Below the pieces are notes generated by a model, which was given only the letters and a program-made list of their open reading frames with translations, was not told where the DNA came from and did not search any database. Shown one piece after another: positions 56,648 to 64,000 of a DNA stretch of 64,000 nucleotides (its first letter is position 1; every line of letters starts with the position of its first letter). The DNA is from a virus (taxonomy: Duplodnaviria > Caudoviricetes): positions 1-64,000 of the IMG/VR virus record IMGVR_UViG_3300012007_000009. One strand, written 5' to 3'. Position numbers and translations under genes: made by a program.

Positions 56648-57755
56648 TCTGCACCTGCTGTACCGGTTGTTCCACCTGGACCGGCTGCTGCACCGGGTCC
56701 AACGGCATCTTGCCAATCATCTGGCACTGGGCAATCATCATCATGACATCCGAAAGGAATTCCAGGAGCGTCACCTCCTGGTTCACCTGGGACTGCGTGG
56801 CGCGGACGGCCTTGCCGAGCATGGAGGAAAACTGGATGTACATGAAGTCAATCTGCCCGTTCGTCGGAAGCGGGATGCGATTCATGAAGTACAGCCCGAA
56901 CGGGATGTAGACACTGCGGAAATCGTTTACGTTGGACGAGATGAAATACCGGAGCTTCCTCGGGTCCATCATGATAGTCAGCTGGTAAATGTTCTTGATG
57001 GTCTCCTCGCGGATGACGTTCGGGTGCCCGACGATGCTCCCGTTGTTCTCGAGGAACGTAAGGTGCATCGCGTTAATCATCGAACGGATGTCCGGGTAAC
57101 ATGCCTGGATAGTCTCCACCAGGGTATCCTTGGAGACAGTGCCTCCCGTGAACTTGGTCTCCTCAAGCGCGATATGCTTGAGACGCTTGAAGATGCGCTT
57201 CTTGTATTCCGCGTCGTCCCCGGGATGGTCGAACGCTATCGGCGTGCAGCGTGACTTGATGGCGTCAGGTATTCTCCATATCTCGTTGCAGGTGAGAATG
57301 AACCTGAGGTTGGACGAGGTCGCCTCTATGAGGGACTGCAGCTTCCTGTAGAACGAGTCGGGGTTCGACGGGTGGTCCGCCTCGTCGATGACGTAGTACT
57401 TGGGAAGGCCGTTCCCGGAACGGTACATCCCTCCCTCCTCGATGCTATCCAGTATCTCGGAGTCGCGCTGGGCGTACAGCACCTCCCGTTCCGCGCCGAG
57501 CATGAGCGGGAAGGCCTCCGCCAGACTGGTCTTTCCTGTACCGGGTACTCCGGAATGGAATATGTAGTTGTTGTACCCACCAAGACGGAGGGCGTTCCTC
57601 ACGATGGTGTCCAGCTTTTTCGGTAGAATGATTTCGTCGAGGTTCCTTCCCCTGTGCTTCTCCACCCAGGCCAGCGTCCGGTCGCCCGAAACTTCCGTTT
57701 CCGTCTGGGACGCCTGGACCGGCATCCCCGTTATGAGGTCTAGTTCTTCTGCCAT
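56637..57755 (-). CDS. Clamp loader large subunit (gp44/RFC-like)
   Basis: WVEKHR, PGTGKTS, IDEAD, FILTCN, SRC, YPDIR. Confidence 0.93.
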   Translation of the reverse strand: MAEELDLITGMPVQASQTETEVSGDRTLAWVEKHRGRNLDEIILPKKLDTIVRNALRLGGYNNYIFHSGVPGTGKTSLAEAFPLMLGAEREVLYAQRDSEILDSIEEGGMYRSGNGLPKYYVIDEADHPSNPDSFYRKLQSLIEATSSNLRFILTCNEIWRIPDAIKSRCTPIAFDHPGDDAEYKKRIFKRLKHIALEETKFTGGTVSKDTLVETIQACYPDIRSMINAMHLTFLENNGSIVGHPNVIREETIKNIYQLTIMMDPRKLRYFISSNVNDFRSVYIPFGLYFMNRIPLPTNGQIDFMYIQFSSMLGKAVRATQSQVNQEVTLLEFLSDVMMMIAQCQMIGKMPLDPVQQPVQVEQPVQQVQNAV

Positions 57756-57773
57756 AATCGGTAATCCTTTTCA

Positions 57774-57790
57774 CAAATATAGCATAAACT
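57774..57790. promoter_or_regulatory. Fused divergent class A / class B promoter motifs
   Basis: CAAATATAGC-A-TAAACT: the two motifs share one base. Confidence 0.7.
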
Positions 57791-57797
57791 GTCGGAC

Positions 57798-58151
57798 ATG
57801 AAGTTGATGAACGAATTCATAGGGAGCGTAACCGGGGATGACTGGGAGCTTTACGGGAAAGTATCGGAGCTTTACGGGAACCTGTTCGAGAATTCCGCCA
57901 CCGACATCAACAAGAAGCAGATAGCGGCCCAGCCGGGTACATGCACTCAGGGTATAATCCCCAACGGGCAGCTCACCGATGGCGAGCAGATGCCGAACGA
58001 CGAAACCGTGGCCAGGCTGATGAAGGAATCGTACAAGTCCAGGTTCGGCCAGTGGTGCGGGTCGGTGTCTCCCGGGAGGACTTCCCTGGGAATGTGGGGA
58101 GGTACCGGGCCGGAAAATGCCAACGCCGATACTTCTACGGCGCAGGCCTAG
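57798..58151 (+). CDS. Small late-like hypothetical protein
   Basis: ATG 8 nt after ATAAACT; NLFENS motif. Confidence 0.6.
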   Translation: MKLMNEFIGSVTGDDWELYGKVSELYGNLFENSATDINKKQIAAQPGTCTQGIIPNGQLTDGEQMPNDETVARLMKESYKSRFGQWCGSVSPGRTSLGMWGGTGPENANADTSTAQA

Positions 58152-59335
58152 CATCCCCAAGGCAAGCTTTCGAGGAACGTCTTCATCGCCAGCACGCACT
58201 GTTCTGCCGTTATGGGCCTGGCACAAACATCGGGAATTTCCAGGTGCCATGCCCGTCGCCTGTCCGTTTCGGATACTCCCGGGAGGAGCTTGGCTACCAA
58301 TGACCGGCGGGACTTTCCGTTGTGCCGGCACGTCGCGGTGATATATACCTGGTCGCACTGTTCAAGGTCGCGGGCACCCATGAGCTGGAGGTCTTCTGGC
58401 TTGATTTCGATATCCTGGCTATCGGCGAAACAGTTAACGAGTCGAAGGAATATCTGCTGCAGATAGCGACCGCGGCCATCGGAAAATTTCCGCTCGCCAT
58501 CTATAACCATGTTGTCAACGAAGGGCTGTATAGTGGATATGTCGAACGTGTCCAGCATGCCGACACATCTGGACTTGTGCATGTCGGCATCGTGCATGTC
58601 GGCATCGCCGGATTCCGCCGAGCCGTCCGCCGCTATCCGGACGTCCTCTATCGATTTATACCGCCCGCAGCCACGGGTTTCCTGGCAGAAACACAGTGCA
58701 GGATTCCGCCACTTGTATATTTCACACATGGGGACGAACAGTGAATCGGACAGGAATTTCCAGTCGTCGTCAATCGAGGCCAAGGTGTCCCGGAGCAACC
58801 CGGCAAGGTCCCTGATTTCCTTCAGCGCCCTCATGCACAGACGCCTGTTGAAGAAATTCACGAGCGTCCTGAGGTTTACCTTCCATACCATCTTGCTATG
58901 CATGCCGAGAGGGAGGAGGTTTGCCGCATCCTCTTTGGCGATGCCACGCTCCAACAGGGCATTGTACGATTCTTGTATTTGGCTCATGCCTACCATATAT
59001 GGCATTTCCGTTACCTGATGAGCGGCGATTTTTGCCGGCGTGTAATATTCGAATCCGCTTTCGGCGACATACCTGGTAGATTCCTGCAGCCGGGTCGGCG
59101 AACCGCCGATATGCGTATACAGCTCCCTCATTACACGGGCTGAGAATCCCTGTATAAGTACGGTTACCTCCACGAACTCCAGTACCCTCCAGTGGGTAGC
59201 CTTGATACAGTCGATTGCCCGTTTGGCGTTCTTCTCGATATCGTCCACCGGGGCATTCCAGCATATCCCGGCCAGCCGCCCAATCTTCTCCAGCGGATGC
59301 TTGTCGCAGTACAGTACCTCTATCTTGGTTTCCAT
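58148..59335 (-). CDS. thyX: FAD-dependent thymidylate synthase with C-terminal extension
   Basis: H..VLEF, RELYTH....RLQESTRY, EDA..LLP, NLR.L, RLC.RA..EIR. Confidence 0.85.
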   Translation of the reverse strand: METKIEVLYCDKHPLEKIGRLAGICWNAPVDDIEKNAKRAIDCIKATHWRVLEFVEVTVLIQGFSARVMRELYTHIGGSPTRLQESTRYVAESGFEYYTPAKIAAHQVTEMPYMVGMSQIQESYNALLERGIAKEDAANLLPLGMHSKMVWKVNLRTLVNFFNRRLCMRALKEIRDLAGLLRDTLASIDDDWKFLSDSLFVPMCEIYKWRNPALCFCQETRGCGRYKSIEDVRIAADGSAESGDADMHDADMHKSRCVGMLDTFDISTIQPFVDNMVIDGERKFSDGRGRYLQQIFLRLVNCFADSQDIEIKPEDLQLMGARDLEQCDQVYITATCRHNGKSRRSLVAKLLPGVSETDRRRAWHLEIPDVCARPITAEQCVLAMKTFLESLPWGC

Positions 59336-59345
59336 AGAATATCCC

Positions 59346-62336
59346 CTAAATAAGTTCAAGCATAGCGTCGGTCTCGTCGTACTCCAGTTCTTCCGGCCAG
59401 CCAACCGCAGTAAACAGCCTTCCCAGAATCTGGGCAACGGATACCTTCCACTGGTCATCCCAGTTGATGTGGAACATGTCAATCAGTCTCTGCGGGCATT
59501 CGTTCCCGGTATAGCATATGATTGACACGCCGTAGTCCTCGTCCGCCTTCTTGATGAACTTCATCTTCTCGCCTGCGGTAATCGGCTCGTAAGGTTCCTT
59601 GGACAGGACCGGGTCGTTCTCTATCAGGTAGTTCCATACCGACGCGGCCCGGCGACGCCAGTCGAGCTTGGATACTTCTTCCTGCGGCAGGCGGCACTGG
59701 ATAGGATAAGGTATCGGCTCCTCCTTCATACCGGACGGCATGGAGATGTACGAGTACTTCTTGTCCTTGATTGCCTGGTAGAATTCACGCTTGATTTCGA
59801 GAAGCCTTTCGCGCACTACGGCCTTGTCCATGGTCTTCAGCATCAGCTTCACCATGTCCATCATGCGTTCCCTCGAGAACAGCGTAGTGGAGCTCCTCAC
59901 AATCTCGAGCCCGGTGACCGCGAAATCGGGGGTCAGTTCCATCGAGCCTGTCCTGATGATGTTTCCGTCATCGTCCTTCACGGGCTCCTTGTCCATGTAG
60001 ACGATGTCCTCGTTCGACTCCGCCTCGCATATGTACTTCTTTTTCGCGGTGACTATAGCCTTGTATATGCACTTTTCCCGCTTCAGGAACAGTTCATTGG
60101 TGAGGTATCCCCACTTGTTCGCATAGGCGAGCATGAACTCATCGAGTTTTTCCTCCAGTATCACCGCATCCATCATACGACAGAAGTCGGTAAGCCGATA
60201 CCGGTTGTATATGATTCGGTATCCGTCACGGCCCCAGACTATGCCGTCATGGAACATAATCTTCACCTTGGATAGTCCGGTCTTCTTGTCTATCGCGCGG
60301 TTTTCCGGGTCGTGCCAGTTGTCGTGCGCGTACTTGTTGCACATTCGGTTGAAGCACTTCCTTGATTCGAGGTCCTGCTCCTCGGAGTTGCCGAAGGTGA
60401 AACGCTCGGCCTGCTTGTGCCCGCTGTACACGATAACCTCGGTACCGGTCCCCTGCTTCTTCCTGAATTCCTCGAACAGGTCGCCCACCTTGCAGTAGAA
60501 CGAGTCGGTGTCGCCGTGGGACATGCGCTTGTACAGTACCTGGCCTTCCTCGTCCATCGTAGTTCCCAGGAAGTCCTTGTTGATTACGGGAACATAGCCG
60601 AACGCGTCGCTGAATCGGGTATCGTTCACGACTTCCTCGTTGAGGTAGTGCGCCAGCTGCTCGATGGTGAACTTGATGAGGTTCCTGCCGTATGCCGTGA
60701 TTGAGGCCGCGTTGTCCACGTCGTATAACGGGAAGAAATTCGAACCCAGCAGGCCGTACAGCGAGTTGCCAAGCACCTTGTACACCTTCTGCATCATGTC
60801 GTAGATGCCGGTCATCTCGTGGTCGCCCGCCTTCTTGGCCGCCTTCATCTTGTTCTTCAGGCTTGCGCGGCCATCGAACAGGAGACGGGTGACCTTGGGG
60901 ACGATGCCCTCCTTGTCCTTGCGGAAGAATACCCTGTACTGTCCGTTGTGTGTCCACGGGCTTTCTATGAGTGTCGCGCGTTCCTCCTCGGTCATCACGT
61001 AGTCCATCGGCTTGATTACCTTGGTTTCCGGGGAGGTGTTGAATGTCATCATTATGGAAGGATACAGCGACCGGTAGTCATACGATACCAGCCACTCGTA
61101 GAACCCGGGAATGGAATATACGAATGCCCCGGGATATTCTTCCTTCTGCTGCTGGCGGTACGCGGGGAACACCATGCCGTTCTGGTGGAGGTAGTTCATC
61201 ACGAACCCGACCAGCATTTTCTTGGACTCGAACACGAAAGAGAAGGGGACGTGCGCTTCCGCCGCAGCGGTGACGCACAGCTGGAACATTCTTTCCTTGA
61301 GTTCAATCTTCTTCAGCAGGCGGACGTCCTGCCAGTTATAGTATATGAACTGGCTCCAGTAGTTCTTCCACGAGCGGTATCCGTCCGGCAACGGAGCCTT
61401 GTGCTCGCCGGTAACCTTTCCGCCGATGTAGTCGAGCTTGTAGGAGGGTTCTTCGGAGAATGTGTACTTGCGGTAGAGCGCCAGGAAGTCGATGACCTCC
61501 GTCCCGGCAATCTGCAGCTGTCCATCGTGGTCTACCCAGGCCTTCTTGAACTGGGCGGGAAGCCTGGACATCAGCCTCAGTTCCACCCCGAGCTTCTCGG
61601 CCCGGTTAACCATGTACGTGGTATCGTAAGAGAAGTTCCAGCCGGAAAGGATTGCAACCTCGTTGCTTCCTATCTCGGTAAATAGCTTGCGTAAAAGGTC
61701 AGTCTCGGATTCGCACAGGACATACTTCCCATTCTCCTTGGCCATCGCTTCCTTCACCTCGTCGTCGATGTCGCGACCGACACCGTAAGTGAAGTAGTTG
61801 TCCGTAGCGGAAAAGTAGATAGTTACACAGTTGATTGGGTACTCGGCACGGTGGGCCGCCGGGAAGCGGCCTGTAGTCTCCACCTCTATATCGAGGAAGC
61901 ATATGTTGATTTTCTTCATGTCCGGCTTCAGCATGCCGGTATTCGCATAGTGCTTCTGGAGAAATCTTGCCCTGGGGTCGATGTCTATCTCGGCGAGATG
62001 GTTGTGCGGTCCGCGGTACCTGTTGTATATGTCCCGTTCCGCGTTGGTATGGCGCTGTATCGCGTACATCTCGCGGCCGAAGATATCCTTCATACCACAC
62101 GGCATGGCGCCGAACTCACCCCGGTTCGGAGTGTAAAATGTATTAACTATACGCTTCTGCTCGAGCGTACCGTCGTCATACCACAGGAACAGGTTGTCCG
62201 TGTCCCTGTCGTGGTATATGGCCGACCACATACGGTACTGCTTAGGCTCCTCCTTCGCAGTAAGAACCGTTGCCATACCAAGCGAGGCCTGCTCCACCTT
62301 AGGTGCAGGTGGAGCCATTGTCGATACGTTTTCCAT
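59346..62336 (-). CDS. Family B DNA polymerase (T4 gp43-like)
   Basis: Exonuclease DIEV, GWN, YNWQD; polymerase DYRSLYPS, KVLGNSLYG, HGDTDS, KKKY. Confidence 0.96.
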   Translation of the reverse strand: MENVSTMAPPAPKVEQASLGMATVLTAKEEPKQYRMWSAIYHDRDTDNLFLWYDDGTLEQKRIVNTFYTPNRGEFGAMPCGMKDIFGREMYAIQRHTNAERDIYNRYRGPHNHLAEIDIDPRARFLQKHYANTGMLKPDMKKINICFLDIEVETTGRFPAAHRAEYPINCVTIYFSATDNYFTYGVGRDIDDEVKEAMAKENGKYVLCESETDLLRKLFTEIGSNEVAILSGWNFSYDTTYMVNRAEKLGVELRLMSRLPAQFKKAWVDHDGQLQIAGTEVIDFLALYRKYTFSEEPSYKLDYIGGKVTGEHKAPLPDGYRSWKNYWSQFIYYNWQDVRLLKKIELKERMFQLCVTAAAEAHVPFSFVFESKKMLVGFVMNYLHQNGMVFPAYRQQQKEEYPGAFVYSIPGFYEWLVSYDYRSLYPSIMMTFNTSPETKVIKPMDYVMTEEERATLIESPWTHNGQYRVFFRKDKEGIVPKVTRLLFDGRASLKNKMKAAKKAGDHEMTGIYDMMQKVYKVLGNSLYGLLGSNFFPLYDVDNAASITAYGRNLIKFTIEQLAHYLNEEVVNDTRFSDAFGYVPVINKDFLGTTMDEEGQVLYKRMSHGDTDSFYCKVGDLFEEFRKKQGTGTEVIVYSGHKQAERFTFGNSEEQDLESRKCFNRMCNKYAHDNWHDPENRAIDKKTGLSKVKIMFHDGIVWGRDGYRIIYNRYRLTDFCRMMDAVILEEKLDEFMLAYANKWGYLTNELFLKREKCIYKAIVTAKKKYICEAESNEDIVYMDKEPVKDDDGNIIRTGSMELTPDFAVTGLEIVRSSTTLFSRERMMDMVKLMLKTMDKAVVRERLLEIKREFYQAIKDKKYSYISMPSGMKEEPIPYPIQCRLPQEEVSKLDWRRRAASVWNYLIENDPVLSKEPYEPITAGEKMKFIKKADEDYGVSIICYTGNECPQRLIDMFHINWDDQWKVSVAQILGRLFTAVGWPEELEYDETDAMLELI

Positions 62337-62383
62337 AGGTTTCCGTAGGCAAATATAGCAAGAATGGGACGCGCATACAACAG

Positions 62384-62408
62384 AAAATCCCGGGATTTCC
62401 CGGGATTG
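62384..62408 (-). terminator. Hairpin terminator upstream of the polymerase promoter
   Basis: AATCCCGGGA-TT-TCCCGGGATT. Confidence 0.65.
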
Positions 62409-62437
62409 AATTTTCGATACTGTACTCGTATGGTTAG

Positions 62438-63373
62438 CTATTTTGCACTGAATTGCTCCAATGCCCGAGCGATTACTTCCTTACCCGCCGAAACAGCTTC
62501 TGGATGAGACTTGGTAATCGACAAAATATCACCATACATTTCATCAAACGATAGGCCAAGTTCATCGTACTTTTCACCCAATCCGTCGCTCATCCACTTA
62601 GCAAATGACGGACTTCTGGTATCTAGCAAACCAACTGCCGCATATTCAGCATCACTTAATTCATGACCAGAATCAGCTTCATCAATGATACGTTCGATTA
62701 CAGCAGTCAACTTTCCTGAATTATTTGATGCATTGAACATGGACTCCAGCTTGGGCTTCACCTTGCCGTCGCCCGGTTCGCCAATGTGCTTGGAAATCTG
62801 GTCGAACTTCTTGAGAACCTTCTCGGCATCGGCCTTGCTCTTCTCGTCAATCCCGAGGCTCTTCACGAAATCACGGAACATGTCAATCTTGCGCTGACGC
62901 TTGCTTTCCTCGGAAAACTTCTTGTTGGAGTCAGCCTTGGAACGCTGGGCGGAAGCGGTGGACTTGGCCTTGGAGTCGAAGCTCCCGGTCTTGGCCTTGG
63001 GTTCCCCCTTGGCTTCGTGGGTCGTATCCTCGGTAACCAGCTTGGTGACCTTCTTGTCTTCCTTCTTCTCGGTAACCACGTCGTTCTCGGTCACCTGTTC
63101 CTTGGAAGCCTTGGTTTCCACCACGGCGCCCTTGGCGGCCTTGGCGCCCTTGCTCAGGTCCGGGTTGACGGCGGTCTTGGCCTTGCCGACCTTCTTGGAG
63201 TCGGCCGTCCAGGTACTGAGGTCGACCATCTTCCCCTCGAACATTGCGGTAGATTCCACGATGGGCCTGGGGTTACTGGTCTCGTTGTACGGACGCTGCT
63301 GTTCGATGGGCTGGTTGGCTATGCTCTCGAACAGGGAGAGCATCTTATCTTCGTCGTCGAGGGAGTATGCCAT
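62438..63373 (-). CDS. Lys/Ala-rich late-like protein with AT-rich C-terminal module
   Basis: LFES, IVES, MFEG and KLES motifs; ATAAACT upstream. Confidence 0.7.
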   Translation of the reverse strand: MAYSLDDEDKMLSLFESIANQPIEQQRPYNETSNPRPIVESTAMFEGKMVDLSTWTADSKKVGKAKTAVNPDLSKGAKAAKGAVVETKASKEQVTENDVVTEKKEDKKVTKLVTEDTTHEAKGEPKAKTGSFDSKAKSTASAQRSKADSNKKFSEESKRQRKIDMFRDFVKSLGIDEKSKADAEKVLKKFDQISKHIGEPGDGKVKPKLESMFNASNNSGKLTAVIERIIDEADSGHELSDAEYAAVGLLDTRSPSFAKWMSDGLGEKYDELGLSFDEMYGDILSITKSHPEAVSAGKEVIARALEQFSAK

Positions 63374-63479
63374 GGCAGATACCTTCTTTGTAAAATTGCA
63401 ATTTGTCCGAAAGTTTATATACGTGGCAAAAAAAAAAAATCAAATGCCCGGCATAAACTACAGGGCGAGGAACTAGATT

Positions 63480-64000
63480 ATGGACCTGAATATCCCCAAA
63501 TCATCCACGGTAAGCCACGAGCTACCCATTTTCAACGAACTTAGCCAGGATTCCGGCCTGCCTGTAAGCGAAGTGAAGGCCAGGTTCAGGAACAAGATGC
63601 TCGAATTGCACCAGAAGTCCCTTGATGACCCGTCCAGCCTGCCGCTCGGCACGGATTCCCAGGAAATGGCGCATACCGCGGTCAACGAGCTGCGTACGGA
63701 ACTGGAACACCCCGAGGAAAAGCTGGATGACCAGGATGAATACGACCAGATTATGGGATTCGACCCGACCCAGCCGGCCCCGGGTTCCGATATTTTCGGC
63801 GCCGATGACTTCGGGGGTGGTGATTTCGGGGGTGGCGACAGTTTTGGTGGCGGTGACTTCGGCGGTGGTGGATTCGGTGGAGGCATCGACAACCTCGACA
63901 TGGGATTCTCGGACGAGGGCATGGACGCTGTCAACTCGGTCGCCGACGATGGATTCGACGATTTCGGCTTCGAGGACGATGCAGGGTTGTCAACAGCTAA
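63480..64000 (+). CDS. Acidic protein with DFGGG repeats (runs off the right edge)
   Basis: Hand-translated MDLNIPK...DDFGGGDFGGGDSFGGGDFGGGGFGGG...; not in the ORF track. Confidence 0.7.
   Translation, partial: MDLNIPKSSTVSHELPIFNELSQDSGLPVSEVKARFRNKMLELHQKSLDDPSSLPLGTDSQEMAHTAVNELRTELEHPEEKLDDQDEYDQIMGFDPTQPAPGSDIFGADDFGGGDFGGGDSFGGGDFGGGGFGGGIDNLDMGFSDEGMDAVNSVADDGFDDFGFEDDAGLSTA

Noticed and set aside
1-64000. Stop-codon reassignment (alternative genetic code)
   Set aside because: Conserved genes are full-length in the standard code and end in TAA, TAG or TGA.
1-64000. tRNA or rRNA genes, integrase or prophage boundary
   Set aside because: Intergenic gaps are too short or lack tRNA motifs, and no host-like segment or att site is visible.

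Overview
This is a 64-kb slice of a large lytic, T4-like (myoviral, jumbo-type) phage genome, mostly GC-rich with several AT-rich patches. Replication and nucleotide genes: family B DNA polymerase, both clamp-loader subunits, Mre11/gp47, UvsY-like, ThyX-like, NrdD/NrdG and an HAD nucleotidase. Morphogenesis genes: terminase large subunit with a LAGLIDADG intein, tail sheath, tube, baseplate and tape-measure module, and a gp4-like nuclease. Host-takeover genes: a sigma70-family factor, IF-1, Hsp20 and an HD hydrolase. The class III RNR points to an anaerobic host. Main observations: (1) two recurring promoter-like motifs, TGCTATATTTG (7 copies, before replication/accessory genes) and ATAAACT (18 intergenic copies, mostly before structural genes), often back-to-back; (2) a dispersed glycosylation gene set (DUF4422/GT111, GT2/GT7, two degenerate GT-B proteins, a divergent Glf-like protein) tied to virion genes; (3) an AT-rich Zn-finger/PD-(D/E)xK nuclease fused to a methyltransferase-like domain between nrdD and nrdG; (4) NrdR-like boxes before nrdD; (5) a family of probable protease-processed head-cargo proteins; (6) an Hsp20 with a prion-like Q-rich region. 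No tRNA, rRNA or CRISPR array was seen. All functional calls come from motif recognition by eye, not from database searches.
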